Assembly (NCBI GenBank): GCA_028867755.1
Contig: JAGWFT010000001.1
Coordinates: 836,727-900,726 of the forward strand
Source of the DNA: Nitrososphaerota archaeon
Lineage (GTDB): Archaea; Thermoproteota; Nitrososphaeria; Nitrososphaerales; Nitrosopumilaceae
Reading direction: 5' to 3'
Length of the DNA stretch: 64,000 nucleotides
Shown here piece after piece: positions 1 to 11,292 of this stretch. Numbering within the stretch: position 1 is the stretch's first letter; every line of letters starts with the position of its first letter. The position numbers and the translations under genes are program-made. Below the pieces are notes generated by a model. The model did not search any database. It was not told the DNA's origin and saw only the letters and a program-made list of their open reading frames with translations.

Positions 1-787
1 TCTTGGCAGCTAGCTCTGGCGCAATCTCGAACTCTTCCATCTTTGTTAAACCCGCACTCTTCTCAGCTCTTGTCAAAAGGCCTTTTTCCACCAATTTTCT
101 TGCAGCATCTTCTACCTCGGCCTTGCCTAACATAGTTGTCCAAACTATTTGGCCAACCTTGTGGTAACCCTGTCTTACCGATTCTAATACTACGACTTCT
201 ACAATTCTTCTATACCCTTCATCTGCTTTGACATTCTCAAAGTCTTTGTCTCTTACTGCCTTTTTTGCATTTTTAACATCTATCTCGATCGAGCGCTTTA
301 ATGCTTCAATAGCTTCAGGAATGTGATTCAAAAGCGAATTGTAACACGCCTTGTTGTACCAAGACATTCCGTCTGTTGGATTGGTTTCAATTGATTTTTC
401 TACACTTTCTAGAGCTTTTTCATAATTTTTTTGTCTGTAGTAAATAAGACCTTTCAGATTCCAAGCATCTGAATTTGTAACATCAATTTCATGAACCTTG
501 TTATAATCATCCATGGAGCCTGCTAAATCGCCCATGTGAAACCGTGCATAGCCTAATTTTAGAAGCGAGTCTACATGACCTGGGTCAACCTGTAATGCGC
601 CCTCAAAGGCACGAACTGCATCCTCCATCTTCTCATCTGCCATCAAAGAAATTCCCTTTTTGTATAGTTTATTCCTAGTATAGTTAGGATCTGCTAGCTT
701 TGACTCTTTGGATATCTCTACTGACATTTCGTGTCCCGTATCTTCACTTTTGGGTGGTTCTGAACGGTCCTTGAATAATTTTTTCAC
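1..787 (-). CDS. TPR-repeat protein (3' end runs off the window start)
   Basis: Read manually on the minus strand from GTG at 787 with no stop to position 1: VKKLFKDRSEPPK...LYKKGISLMADEKMEDAVRAFEGALQVDP...AWNLKGLIYYRQKNYEKALESVEKSIETNP...WYNKAC; TPR periodicity. Confidence 0.85.
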   Translation of the reverse strand, partial: MKKLFKDRSEPPKSEDTGHEMSVEISKESKLADPNYTRNKLYKKGISLMADEKMEDAVRAFEGALQVDPGHVDSLLKLGYARFHMGDLAGSMDDYNKVHEIDVTNSDAWNLKGLIYYRQKNYEKALESVEKSIETNPTDGMSWYNKACYNSLLNHIPEAIEALKRSIEIDVKNAKKAVRDKDFENVKADEGYRRIVEVVVLESVRQGYHKVGQIVWTTMLGKAEVEDAARKLVEKGLLTRAEKSAGLTKMEEFEIAPELAAK

Positions 788-915
788 GGCTGATAAAATA
801 ATGGATTTTCCGTAGATAAATACTATTCCGGGTGTCTAAAAAGTAAATTTTCTTGGTAAAGTGGCTTTATAACGCCTGGATAAATACAAAAATACTCAGG
901 TATTACACCTAGGAT

Positions 916-2331
<1,416 letters not shown>

Positions 2332-2492
2332 TGAATGTTCTAAATCTATTGGGGCGTAAATATTTTGAAATGTCATAAAGATGCACTCGTTTTTGAATTA
2401 TTTGATTATAAATGAAAGAAAATTCTTTTTGTAGCCTAAAGCTGCAACTTGGTGCTACAATGCTATGTTGACTAATTTTCAGCTAAAATATT

Positions 2493-2524
2493 AAAATTAT
2501 CGCCTGCTGTCAAGCGATAATTTT
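2493..2524 (-). terminator. Hairpin just downstream of the small basic protein gene
   Basis: Minus strand reads AAAATTATCGCTTG-ACAG-CAGGCGATAATTTT: a 14-bp stem with one U.G pair, beginning 7 nt after the stop at 2532. Confidence 0.55.
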
Positions 2525-2531
2525 TTTGATT

Positions 2532-2669
2532 TTATCTTCTGCGTTTCTTTGCAGATTTTCTTTTAGCTGTTCTCTTAGTTTTTTTACCCGCTGTTCTTTT
2601 GGCTGCTGATCTTCTCTTTGGAGCTGATCTTCTTTTAGCAGCTTTTTTAGTGCGTTTTTTCGTTGCCAT
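2532..2669 (-). CDS. 45-aa Lys/Arg-rich basic protein (histone H1/protamine-like composition); not in ORF track
   Basis: ATG at 2669, TAA at 2532: MATKKRTKKAAKRRSAPKRRSAAKRTAGKKTKRTAKRKSAKKRRR; 25/45 K+R, no acidic residues; followed by a hairpin. Confidence 0.8.
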   Translation of the reverse strand: MATKKRTKKAAKRRSAPKRRSAAKRTAGKKTKRTAKRKSAKKRRR

Positions 2670-2782
2670 TGATGAACTTTACATTTCACTTGTTTTTCTA
2701 TCGTTACACTTAAGAAAATTACACCAAATGCTGATATTGTATCAACAAATTTTTCATAAAATTTGAAAATTTTGATCGCATT

Positions 2783-2959
2783 TTAGTAAACAGATTCTGC
2801 TGATGGGCGTCTTCCTTGCAACCATGATGTATTACCGCATTGTACACATTTGTATTGCCGTCTTCTTTTGTAAGTTGGAATTTCTGGCATGAAAACTATT
2901 TCTTGTTTTGTTTTTGAAAGACATCTCTTACACCATCTATTCTCTGATTCTTTTTCCAT
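2783..2959 (-). CDS. 58-aa zinc-ribbon microprotein; not in ORF track
   Basis: MEKESENRWCKRCLSKTKQEIVFMPEIPTYKRRRQYKCVQCGNTSWLQGRRPSAESVY; two CxxC pairs; co-oriented with flanking genes. Confidence 0.7.
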   Translation of the reverse strand: MEKESENRWCKRCLSKTKQEIVFMPEIPTYKRRRQYKCVQCGNTSWLQGRRPSAESVY

Positions 2960-2993
2960 GTTATGAGGAGTTTAGGCGTGGAAATAGTTGTTA

Positions 2994-4094
2994 CTATTTA
3001 TTTTTCACTATTGTGAGCACGTCTTCATCTTCTAATGTGTGAGCTATGCCGACTCTTTGTCCGCCGAACTTGACACTTTTGCCCCACACTAGAGCATATC
3101 TAAAGTCCTTTTTCAAATCTCTATGCAACTTGTTGCAAACCTCTAAAACTCTAGAATTGCGCCTAATGATGAGCGGTTCTTTGTAGTCTGTTTCTCCACC
3201 TTTTGGTCTCATGTAAATTCTGATAAAATCTAACTTTTCATAAATTGCATCCTTGAGTGCATTGACATTGACATCTGCATCAGCTGATATGGGGATAATT
3301 TTTGATTTTATTTTTTCCTGCAGTTCATTTAAGAATCCTTGATTGACCAAATCTATTTTATTCATCACGGTCAAAGATTCTACATAAAACTTGTTACCTG
3401 ATACATAATCAATTAATTGTTCAGAATCAATATCTTCTCTTATCAAGACGCGTGCATTGTTTATTCCGTACACTCTCAAAATATCTTTGAGCAGGCTTTC
3501 TGATATTTTTGTTATTGATACCTGCTGGCTTACTGCTAGTCCGCCATCACCTGATTTTTCTATGACTATGTTGGGAGGTTTTTGGTCAAGCCTAATTCCT
3601 ATATTGCCAAGCTCAGTTCTAATAACCTCCTCGTGATATGGCTGAAATACATCTAATATGATTAAAACCAAATCTGCACTCTTTGCTACGGCAAGAACTC
3701 TTTTGCCAAGTCCTTTTCCTGTTGATGCGCCCTTGATTATTCCTGGCAGATCAAGAACCTGAATCTTGGCGCCACGATATTCCATCATGCCTGGCACAAC
3801 CGTTGTAGTTGTAAATTGAAATGCACCAACAGCTGACTTTGCACCAGTAAGCTTGTTAAGCAAAGTAGATTTTCCTACACTTGGAAGTCCAATAAGTACA
3901 ACAGTAGCATCACCTGTTCGTTTTACATCAAAACCAATCGAGCTTCCCGAACCTCTTGATTTTATCTCATCTTGTTCTCTACGAAGCTTGGCAAGTTTTG
4001 CCTTGAGCAAACCAACATGGTGCTCAGTAGCTTTGTTGATCTGGGTTTTTGCCATCTCATCTTTTATTGATTGGATCTTCTCTGGTATTCCCAT
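2994..4094 (-). CDS. DRG-family OBG GTPase with TGS domain
   Basis: GLPSVGKS (G1), FTT (G2), DLPG (G3), NKID (G4); C-terminal TGS (LEDEDVLTIVK). Confidence 0.95.
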   Translation of the reverse strand: MGIPEKIQSIKDEMAKTQINKATEHHVGLLKAKLAKLRREQDEIKSRGSGSSIGFDVKRTGDATVVLIGLPSVGKSTLLNKLTGAKSAVGAFQFTTTTVVPGMMEYRGAKIQVLDLPGIIKGASTGKGLGKRVLAVAKSADLVLIILDVFQPYHEEVIRTELGNIGIRLDQKPPNIVIEKSGDGGLAVSQQVSITKISESLLKDILRVYGINNARVLIREDIDSEQLIDYVSGNKFYVESLTVMNKIDLVNQGFLNELQEKIKSKIIPISADADVNVNALKDAIYEKLDFIRIYMRPKGGETDYKEPLIIRRNSRVLEVCNKLHRDLKKDFRYALVWGKSVKFGGQRVGIAHTLEDEDVLTIVKNK

Positions 4095-4162
4095 CTATCT
4101 TGTCTGCCTTGACTATGGAATAAAATCTTACTAATTTCTTATCTGTAACAATTGTAGACTGA

Positions 4163-4660
4163 TTACAATTTGAAATTATTAAAATAGTGAACAAATATGT
4201 TGCCAAAATAAACTGAGGCAAATGCGCTAGTTGTTCTTGCTATACTCATGGAAATGACGAATTTTTTAAAATTGTATTTTTTAACTCCTGCTATTATTGT
4301 AACAATTTCTGTCAATATGGGTACCAAACTTAGAGCGAAGATTATGCTCCAACCGTGCTTGTTTAGTCGCTCAAAACTCTTGTCATACTGGTTGTCGTTG
4401 TGCGTTTTTCTTAGCAGCTTGTACATCTTTTTTCCGTCGTATCCTATGTAATATGTTAGGATTCCTCCTCCGATCGATCCTACTGCCATTGTAACAAACA
4501 CCATGAGGGGGTTCTGGCCGTCCAGAAGCAGCGCAGTTGATGTTATTACAATTGGAAACGGTACAACTGAAGCAAAAATGCAGTTTAGAAAAAGACCTAA
4601 TAGCCCATACTTTACAAAGAACGGGTTTTCAAGTATGGGTTTTAAAAAATCAATTAACAT
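4163..4660 (-). CDS. VTT/DedA (YqaA-like) membrane protein
   Basis: FASVVPFP, GSIGGGILTYYIG and R-containing re-entrant motif pattern; hydrophobic helices. Confidence 0.8.
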   Translation of the reverse strand: MLIDFLKPILENPFFVKYGLLGLFLNCIFASVVPFPIVITSTALLLDGQNPLMVFVTMAVGSIGGGILTYYIGYDGKKMYKLLRKTHNDNQYDKSFERLNKHGWSIIFALSLVPILTEIVTIIAGVKKYNFKKFVISMSIARTTSAFASVYFGNIFVHYFNNFKL

Positions 4661-4708
4661 GTGTCTTGATGCTCTTCTTACATATTATAACTCAATGTTT
4701 AAAATCAC

Positions 4709-4948
4709 TTAGACTATACTGGGATCTTTTTTATTAATTGACTTGGAGTACAATGTCTTATCTTCCTTCTTTATGTGGAAAATTCTTGTAGCAGGTATTA
4801 CTTCAAAGTTCTCAGAAATCTTGAGAAATTCTGTCAACGTGACTTCTTTGATCACATTAATGTCAAGATATCCAATAAAATAGAGACTTGGATTGTCATG
4901 ATGTAATGCCTTGCTAAGAATTTCAGATACTATTCCTTTTCTAGTCAT
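4709..4948 (-). CDS. DUF504 / MJ1316-like RNA-repair-associated small protein
   Basis: 79 aa; IGYLD and IPATRIFHIKK resemble the family's IP.HRI motif. Confidence 0.65.
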   Translation of the reverse strand: MTRKGIVSEILSKALHHDNPSLYFIGYLDINVIKEVTLTEFLKISENFEVIPATRIFHIKKEDKTLYSKSINKKDPSIV

Positions 4949-5048
4949 GAGTCAATCGCCAAACTTGGATATATCAATAGCCACATTCAAAACTTGTCCT
5001 CATATGTGGGCAGATGTTTTAAATTCTAACAGCTTGCTGATTCAAACC

Positions 5049-5354
5049 ATGACCAATAAAATAATGCTGAACATAGACAAAGCGATCTATAACGAGGGCG
5101 AATACATGAAGTTAAAAGTTGACTATGAGACGTTTAATCCAAAACAAACAATTCATGTGACAATTTTAGATCCGTCAGAGAAGGAAGTATTTAGCACTGA
5201 TCAATACATCAATTCCCAGAAAGGGTCTTACTCCACTGTGATGAAGTTTGATACAAAACAGTGGAGAGTTTCTGGCAGGTACAAAGTTACCGCGTGGGAT
5301 CAGGAAGGAACAAGAAAAGAAATATTTTTCCAATTCAAAGGAAAACCATTGTAA
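5049..5354 (+). CDS. Hypothetical beta-rich (Ig/MG2-like) protein
   Basis: Track ORF starts at 4911 but overlaps the divergent gene; ATG 5049 gives MTNKIMLNIDKAIYNEGE...ILDP...GRYKVTA, an Ig-like pattern. Confidence 0.6.
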   Translation: MTNKIMLNIDKAIYNEGEYMKLKVDYETFNPKQTIHVTILDPSEKEVFSTDQYINSQKGSYSTVMKFDTKQWRVSGRYKVTAWDQEGTRKEIFFQFKGKPL

Positions 5355-5430
5355 CAATTCACAGATGACAAAATAGGATGGGAATTCTATCTATTACAGT
5401 TATTATGCCCGATATCGCTACGTGACTTGA

Positions 5431-6126
5431 ATGAAGCCAAAGATATTTGCAGTAGACATTGACGGTACTATCACCGACAACAAGGGAGGAAGAGTTGACC
5501 TTGATGCACTGGCAGCTCTGCGTTATCTAGTAAAACTTGGCCACAAAGTAGTCTATGTGACTGGAAGGTCATCAATTGAGGCCTATGTTCTATCAGTATT
5601 TGGAGGGACTACAAGAATAGCAGTAGGGGAGAACGGTGGAATTATTACATCTGGACCAGATGAACACAAACTAATTGGAAACAAACAAGAATGCTTGAAA
5701 GCGCTCCAATTCATTAAAGCCAGGATTCCTGAAGCTGTGGAAAAGCCAGTTTTTCCACGAATCACAGAGGTTGTTCTTGAAAGAAATTTTGATATTAATT
5801 TAGGAAAAAAGGTTTTGGATGAAAATAACCTAGATGTGCAATTGTCTGACAGTATGTATGCTTATCACATTAACTCAAAAGGAGTTAACAAGGCAAATGG
5901 GTTCCTTGAAGTAATGAAGATGTTCTCAGCCACAAAACAAGACGTCATTGCAATAGGTGATAGCGAAACAGACGTGCCTCTTTTCAAACTAGCTGGTGTA
6001 AGTGTAGCGTTAGGTAATGCAACAGATGATGTAAAATCTCATGCAACTATTACAGTTCCAGGCCATGCAGGCGACGGAGTGGTAGAAGCTCTTGAAAAGA
6101 TTGAATTAAAACTTTTAGTGAAATAG
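5431..6126 (+). CDS. Phosphoglycolate phosphatase, archaeal HAD type II
   Basis: DIDGT (motif I), VTGR, GENGG, GVNK, GDSETD (motif IV). Confidence 0.9.
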   Translation: MKPKIFAVDIDGTITDNKGGRVDLDALAALRYLVKLGHKVVYVTGRSSIEAYVLSVFGGTTRIAVGENGGIITSGPDEHKLIGNKQECLKALQFIKARIPEAVEKPVFPRITEVVLERNFDINLGKKVLDENNLDVQLSDSMYAYHINSKGVNKANGFLEVMKMFSATKQDVIAIGDSETDVPLFKLAGVSVALGNATDDVKSHATITVPGHAGDGVVEALEKIELKLLVK

Positions 6127-6130
6127 TATC

Positions 6131-8017
6131 ATGACACTACGACTTCTTTTTGAAGAAATTCGATCAAACATACAAAAAATCTCAAATGATCTGGGCTATC
6201 CTACTGTTGAGTTTGATATATCAGAGGCATCAAAACCAGAGTTTGGAGATGTAAGCTGTAACATTGGGTTTTTGCTAGCAAAGCCTCTTAAAAAAAGACC
6301 ATCTGAAATATCTGAATCTGTTGCAAATGAATATCAAAAGCACAAAGGGGAATTTGTGTCCAAAATAACTGTTCATCCGTCTGGCTATCTCAACTTTGTA
6401 GCAAACTATGAAACTCTAGCCAGATCCGTCATGCAATCCTCTACAGAACAAAATTACGGACAGTTTAACGTGGGAAACAACACAAAGATTGTAGTAGAGC
6501 ATACAAGTGTTAACCCAAACAAGGCACTACACATAGGCCATGTGAGAAATATCATAATTGGAGATACGGTGGCAAGGATTCTCCACAAGGCTTGCTACGA
6601 TGTTCAAGTTTTAAACTATGTAGACGATTCCGGGCTTCAGGTGGCAGATATCATAGTTGGCTTCAAGTATGGTGGATTTGCCAAAGAACCTTTGCAAAAT
6701 CAAAAATTTGATCACTATTGCGGAGATGTTGTTTATGTGAGCATTACGGAAAGATATGAGAAGGAACCATCTCTTGCAGAGAAAAGAGCAATTGTTCTAA
6801 AAGAACTCGAAGAGGGAAGCTCTGAGATGGCAAAATTTGGAGATGAAATAACCAGAAGAGTTCTAGAAGAACAACTCAAGACTTGTTGGAGGCTTGGAGT
6901 AACATATGACTGTCTAAACTTTGAGTCACAAATAGTTCGCTCCAGACTATGGACAACAGTTCTTGAAAAAATGAAATCGATGGGAATCATATATCTTGAA
7001 AATGAGGGAAAAAACGTAGGCTGTTGGGTAATAAAATCTGATTCAGAAGTAGAAGAGGATAAGATTTTGATAAGAAGCAATGGTATTGCCACATACATTG
7101 CAAAAGATATTCCATATGCTACGTGGAAACTGGGGATCTTGGAAGATCCGTTCTACTATAAACACTATGCCATGCAGAAAAATGATAGGATACTTTGGGA
7201 GACTACTCTTGAAAATACTGGAACAAAACTAAATTTCACTGGGGACACTGTAATCACGGTTATAGATTCAAGACAATCTAGATTGCAAAAAATTATTACA
7301 AAAATTATATCTGATTTTAAATCAAAGGGCAAGCAATACACGCATCTTGGGTATGAATCAGTTACTCTAAGCTCGGACACTGCTAAAACCCTCAATCTTG
7401 AAACTGGAGGAAAATCTGTCCAAATGTCTGGCAGGAAGGGACTCTATGTTAATGCTGACTATGTCTTGGATATACTTGGTGTAAAAACATATGAAGAAGC
7501 AAAAAAACGAAATCCGGAACTTGATGAAGTAACACTTGTCAAAATTGCAGAGCAAGTTGCAGTTGGGGCTCTGCGATATTCCATGATAAAGCAGGATCTT
7601 GATAAGATAATTACCTTTGACATGGCAGAATCTCTGAGTTTAGAGGGAGATACGGGGCCATACATACAGTATGCCCATGCACGATCTATGAGAATTCTAG
7701 AAAAAGCAGGCAAGACGCCAGACTTTAACGTCTCATTTGATAACTTGAATACCGAGCATGAAAGAAACCTGGTAAAGACAATTGGTAAATTTGACATGCA
7801 TGTGGAAGATTCTGCAAAGAACCTATCCCCAAAAATGATTGCTAGGTATTGCTATGATCTTGCAGTATCTTTCAATTCTTTTTATGAACACATCAAAGTA
7901 TTGACTGCAGAATCTCCTGAGATGATAAATGCTAGGCTTTGTCTTGTGTGGTCATTTAAAGAAACTCTAGTTAAGGCCCTTTCCTTATTGGGAATTGATG
8001 CGCCAGCTAGGATGTAA
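6131..8017 (+). CDS. argS: Arginine--tRNA ligase
   Basis: EHTSVNPNKALHIGH (HIGH), QMSGRKG, GDTGPYIQYAHAR, DALR-type anticodon domain. Confidence 0.97.
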   Translation: MTLRLLFEEIRSNIQKISNDLGYPTVEFDISEASKPEFGDVSCNIGFLLAKPLKKRPSEISESVANEYQKHKGEFVSKITVHPSGYLNFVANYETLARSVMQSSTEQNYGQFNVGNNTKIVVEHTSVNPNKALHIGHVRNIIIGDTVARILHKACYDVQVLNYVDDSGLQVADIIVGFKYGGFAKEPLQNQKFDHYCGDVVYVSITERYEKEPSLAEKRAIVLKELEEGSSEMAKFGDEITRRVLEEQLKTCWRLGVTYDCLNFESQIVRSRLWTTVLEKMKSMGIIYLENEGKNVGCWVIKSDSEVEEDKILIRSNGIATYIAKDIPYATWKLGILEDPFYYKHYAMQKNDRILWETTLENTGTKLNFTGDTVITVIDSRQSRLQKIITKIISDFKSKGKQYTHLGYESVTLSSDTAKTLNLETGGKSVQMSGRKGLYVNADYVLDILGVKTYEEAKKRNPELDEVTLVKIAEQVAVGALRYSMIKQDLDKIITFDMAESLSLEGDTGPYIQYAHARSMRILEKAGKTPDFNVSFDNLNTEHERNLVKTIGKFDMHVEDSAKNLSPKMIARYCYDLAVSFNSFYEHIKVLTAESPEMINARLCLVWSFKETLVKALSLLGIDAPARM

Positions 8018-8052
8018 CTCCGACCTTTCATTTTGGAAATACTATTATCTAT

Positions 8053-8943
8053 ATGGAGTCAGGTCTAGTTGTGAAGAAAATAAAACAAAACAGCAATGTG
8101 TTGTTCTTCTTTAATGATTCAAAAAAGTGGTTGATGAAAGTATCAAAGAAACAAAAGTTTCATACACATGTGGGAATTATTGACCATAAAAAAGTAATAG
8201 GAAAAGAATACGGGAGTGCAATTAAGACCAACAAAGGTAAGATAATCTATCTTTTGGAACCTACCGTATATGACTATGTCATGAAAAGTCAGCGTAGTAC
8301 TCAGATAGTTTACCCAAAAGATCTTGGTTACATAGCTGCAAGGACTGGATTACAAAGCGGGCAGACAATTGTTGAAATCGGAACCGGGAGCGGTTCGCTT
8401 ACTACATTTCTTGCAAGTTTAGTAAAAACAAGAGGTCATGTGTACACCTATGATGTAGATGAAAATTTCATGGCAATAGCGAGGAAAAATATCGAAAAGG
8501 CAGGAGTCTCAAAATATGTTACAATGGAAAAATTAGATATCAAAAATGCCAAGAAAATGCCACAAAAAGACGTAGACATGGTGGTAGTAGATTTGGGAGA
8601 CCCGTGGACAGTTGTGCCGCAGGCAAGAAAAATGCTCAAAGGCAGTGGATATTTTGTGGCAATATGCCCAACAATGAATCAACTTGAGAAACTTGCATCA
8701 GCATTATGGGAAAATGACTTTTTTGATATGGAATTTACTGAACAAATTGTAAGAACAATTGAAGCTCGAGAAGGTAAAACACGACATTCTTTCCGCGGTA
8801 TTGGACATACAACATATGTTGCATTTGCTAGAAAAGTTACCACGCCAAAAGATCTTAGAAAAGTAATACATGATCCAGTAATTGAGGATGTATCAAACGA
8901 AGAATCTGTAGAAGACGAAGGTTTATCCACCGTGAAAAAATAA
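8053..8943 (+). CDS. trmI: tRNA (adenine-N1)-methyltransferase
   Basis: TQIVYPKD, EIGTGSGSL SAM motif, DLGDPW, GHTTY. Confidence 0.93.
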   Translation: MESGLVVKKIKQNSNVLFFFNDSKKWLMKVSKKQKFHTHVGIIDHKKVIGKEYGSAIKTNKGKIIYLLEPTVYDYVMKSQRSTQIVYPKDLGYIAARTGLQSGQTIVEIGTGSGSLTTFLASLVKTRGHVYTYDVDENFMAIARKNIEKAGVSKYVTMEKLDIKNAKKMPQKDVDMVVVDLGDPWTVVPQARKMLKGSGYFVAICPTMNQLEKLASALWENDFFDMEFTEQIVRTIEAREGKTRHSFRGIGHTTYVAFARKVTTPKDLRKVIHDPVIEDVSNEESVEDEGLSTVKK

Positions 8944-8948
8944 GAAAC

Positions 8949-9812
8949 TTGTTGGCCAAAATTCTCCAGGCAACAGTTGTTAAAAATTTTATTCCTCCAA
9001 GAAAATCTTCATCAAGAAAAGGAGAAAATGGCAAAGTCTTGGTTGTTGGAGGCAGTTATCTGTATCACGGTGCTCCAATTCTTTCGTCGCTGGCAGCACT
9101 TAGAACTGGGGCTGATCTAGTTTACACATGTGTTCCAAAAATCAATGTGACTCCAACAAGGGCATATTCACCAAATCTTATCGTCATACCACTGGTTGAT
9201 GCCAAGATTACAAGAGGTGCAGTTAGAAAATTAGTTGGAATCATTCCAAAAGAACTTGATTCTGCAACTATCGGTATGGGGCTTGGAATTCAAGATAAAG
9301 AGGCATTGAAGATACTAGTAAAAGATCTACTTGACAGAGCAGTGATGCTATCTCTTGATGCAAGCGCTCTTGTACCGGAAATCCTTTCTGAAATTAAAGA
9401 TAAAAAAGTAACAGTTACTCCACATGCAGGAGAGTTCAAAAGATTATTTGGAGAATTGCCACCAGATAATATAAAACAAAGAACTATGATGGTACAAAAA
9501 CATGCAAAAAATAATGGAGTGACTGTATTGCTCAAGGGCCCAACTGATATTGTATCTGATGGGAGTCAAACGTTCCTAAACCCAAAGAACTTGGCGTCAA
9601 TGACTGTAGGCGGTACAGGTGACGTTCTTTCCGGGGTAGTATCTGCAATGTTATCAAAGAACAGAAAACCTGTGGAGGCTGCATCATGTGCTGTATTCAT
9701 AAATGGCAATGCAGGTGCACTGGCACAAAAGAAAAATGGCTTACATATTATGGCAACAGACATCTTGGATTTTATTCCTGTAGCCATGAAACCATTTGAT
9801 AGGATAAAGTGA
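8949..9812 (+). CDS. nnrD: ADP-dependent NAD(P)H-hydrate dehydratase
   Basis: RKGENGKVLVVGGS, TPHAGEF, LLKG, GGTGDVLSG. Confidence 0.92.
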   Translation: MLAKILQATVVKNFIPPRKSSSRKGENGKVLVVGGSYLYHGAPILSSLAALRTGADLVYTCVPKINVTPTRAYSPNLIVIPLVDAKITRGAVRKLVGIIPKELDSATIGMGLGIQDKEALKILVKDLLDRAVMLSLDASALVPEILSEIKDKKVTVTPHAGEFKRLFGELPPDNIKQRTMMVQKHAKNNGVTVLLKGPTDIVSDGSQTFLNPKNLASMTVGGTGDVLSGVVSAMLSKNRKPVEAASCAVFINGNAGALAQKKNGLHIMATDILDFIPVAMKPFDRIK

Positions 9813-9818
9813 TTTTCT

Positions 9819-11165
9819 ATGCAAGAGCGATATATCGATAAAAACATGTCAGCATTAATTTCTGATTTGCAAAAGTTAATCAGACAGCCAAGCGTTTCTG
9901 CAAAGAATCTTGGGCTGGAAGAATGTGCAAGGCTGGTGGCTCAGATAATGAAAAAGTCTGGAATTAGGGCAGAAATATTAAGGCTAGGAAGAGGTGTTCC
10001 GCCAGCAGTGTATGGTGAAGTCAGGTCAAAGAAAAATCCAAGAAAAACAATTTTGTTTTACAATCATTATGACGTTCAACCAGAAGAGCCTCTTGAATTG
10101 TGGGATGATGCGCCATTTAGTGGTAAGATAAAAGGGAATAAAATCTATGGAAGGGGATCTGCTGATGATAAGGGAGAACTAATCACTAGAATCAAAGCAG
10201 TTGAAGCGTTCCTCAAAACTACAGGAGATGTACCGTGTAACATAAAGTTCCTAGTTGAGGGAGAAGAAGAAATTGGTAGCATGCATATTGAAAATTATCT
10301 GAAAAAATATCAAAAGAGACTGTCATGCGATGGTGTAATCTGGGAGTTTGGATATGTTGATGAAAAGGACAGGCCGATAATCAGTCTTGGCATGAAAGGC
10401 CTGCTGTATGTAGAGCTTTCAGTGCAAGAATCTATCCGCGATGCTCATTCCAGTCTTGCAGTGCTAATTGAAAATCCCGCTTGGAGGTTAATTGGAGCAT
10501 TGAAAACATTACGTGACAAAAATGGCACTATTCTCATTAAAGATTGGTATGAGGAGGTTGATAATTTTACAAAAGAAGAACTTGATGTGATTGCCCTTGA
10601 GCCATTTGATGAAAAGTCATTTAAAAAAGAATATGGTGTGAAGAGATTTGTGGGCAACAAAAAGGGGATAAATATACGAAAAGCAGTGGTAGGTGATCCC
10701 ACCTGTAACATTGCTGGATTTTCATCTGGATGGGAAGGGCTTGGTGCAAAAACAGTTTTGCCATCAAAGGCACTTGTGAAAATTGATTTTAGACTTGTTC
10801 CAAAAATGGATCCTCTAAGACAATTATCTAGACTCAAGCGGCATCTCAAAGAAAAGGGATTTGGTGATATTCAGGTGAGGATGATTCATGGTGAGGCAGC
10901 TTCAAGAACCAAAATATCTGATCCATTTGTTAAGGTGGTAGAGAAGGCAGCAGACGAATCTTTTGGAACCTCAATAACAAGCGTTTCTTCTGCTGGAACA
11001 GGACCGATGTATTCATTCTCTAAGGTGCTCAAGGCGCCGTGTATCTCGATTGGAAGCACATACGTCTATGCAAGAATTCATTCGCCCAATGAATTTGCAA
11101 GAATTGACCTGCTAAAAAAGACAACAAAATGTATGTGTAAGATAATGAAAAAATTTAGCATCTAA
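9819..11165 (+). CDS. M20/M25/M40 family metallopeptidase
   Basis: YNHYDVQP, GRGSADDKG, EGEEEIGS, HSPNE. Confidence 0.92.
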   Translation: MQERYIDKNMSALISDLQKLIRQPSVSAKNLGLEECARLVAQIMKKSGIRAEILRLGRGVPPAVYGEVRSKKNPRKTILFYNHYDVQPEEPLELWDDAPFSGKIKGNKIYGRGSADDKGELITRIKAVEAFLKTTGDVPCNIKFLVEGEEEIGSMHIENYLKKYQKRLSCDGVIWEFGYVDEKDRPIISLGMKGLLYVELSVQESIRDAHSSLAVLIENPAWRLIGALKTLRDKNGTILIKDWYEEVDNFTKEELDVIALEPFDEKSFKKEYGVKRFVGNKKGINIRKAVVGDPTCNIAGFSSGWEGLGAKTVLPSKALVKIDFRLVPKMDPLRQLSRLKRHLKEKGFGDIQVRMIHGEAASRTKISDPFVKVVEKAADESFGTSITSVSSAGTGPMYSFSKVLKAPCISIGSTYVYARIHSPNEFARIDLLKKTTKCMCKIMKKFSI

Positions 11166-11292
11166 CAGAAAAATCTCAAGATATGTTTCTCTTTGCATGC
11201 CGATTAGATCGCATAATCTCAATAGTATACGGAATTTAGTTTACAAGTGATTCAGAGAAAGGCCTTTATTGTGCTCGGTTGGCAGTTCAATT

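Noticed and set aside
2419-2461. Hairpin TTGTAGC...GCTACAA between convergent genes
   Set aside because: Short imperfect stem, compatible with an ordinary terminator or chance; no ncRNA family recognised.
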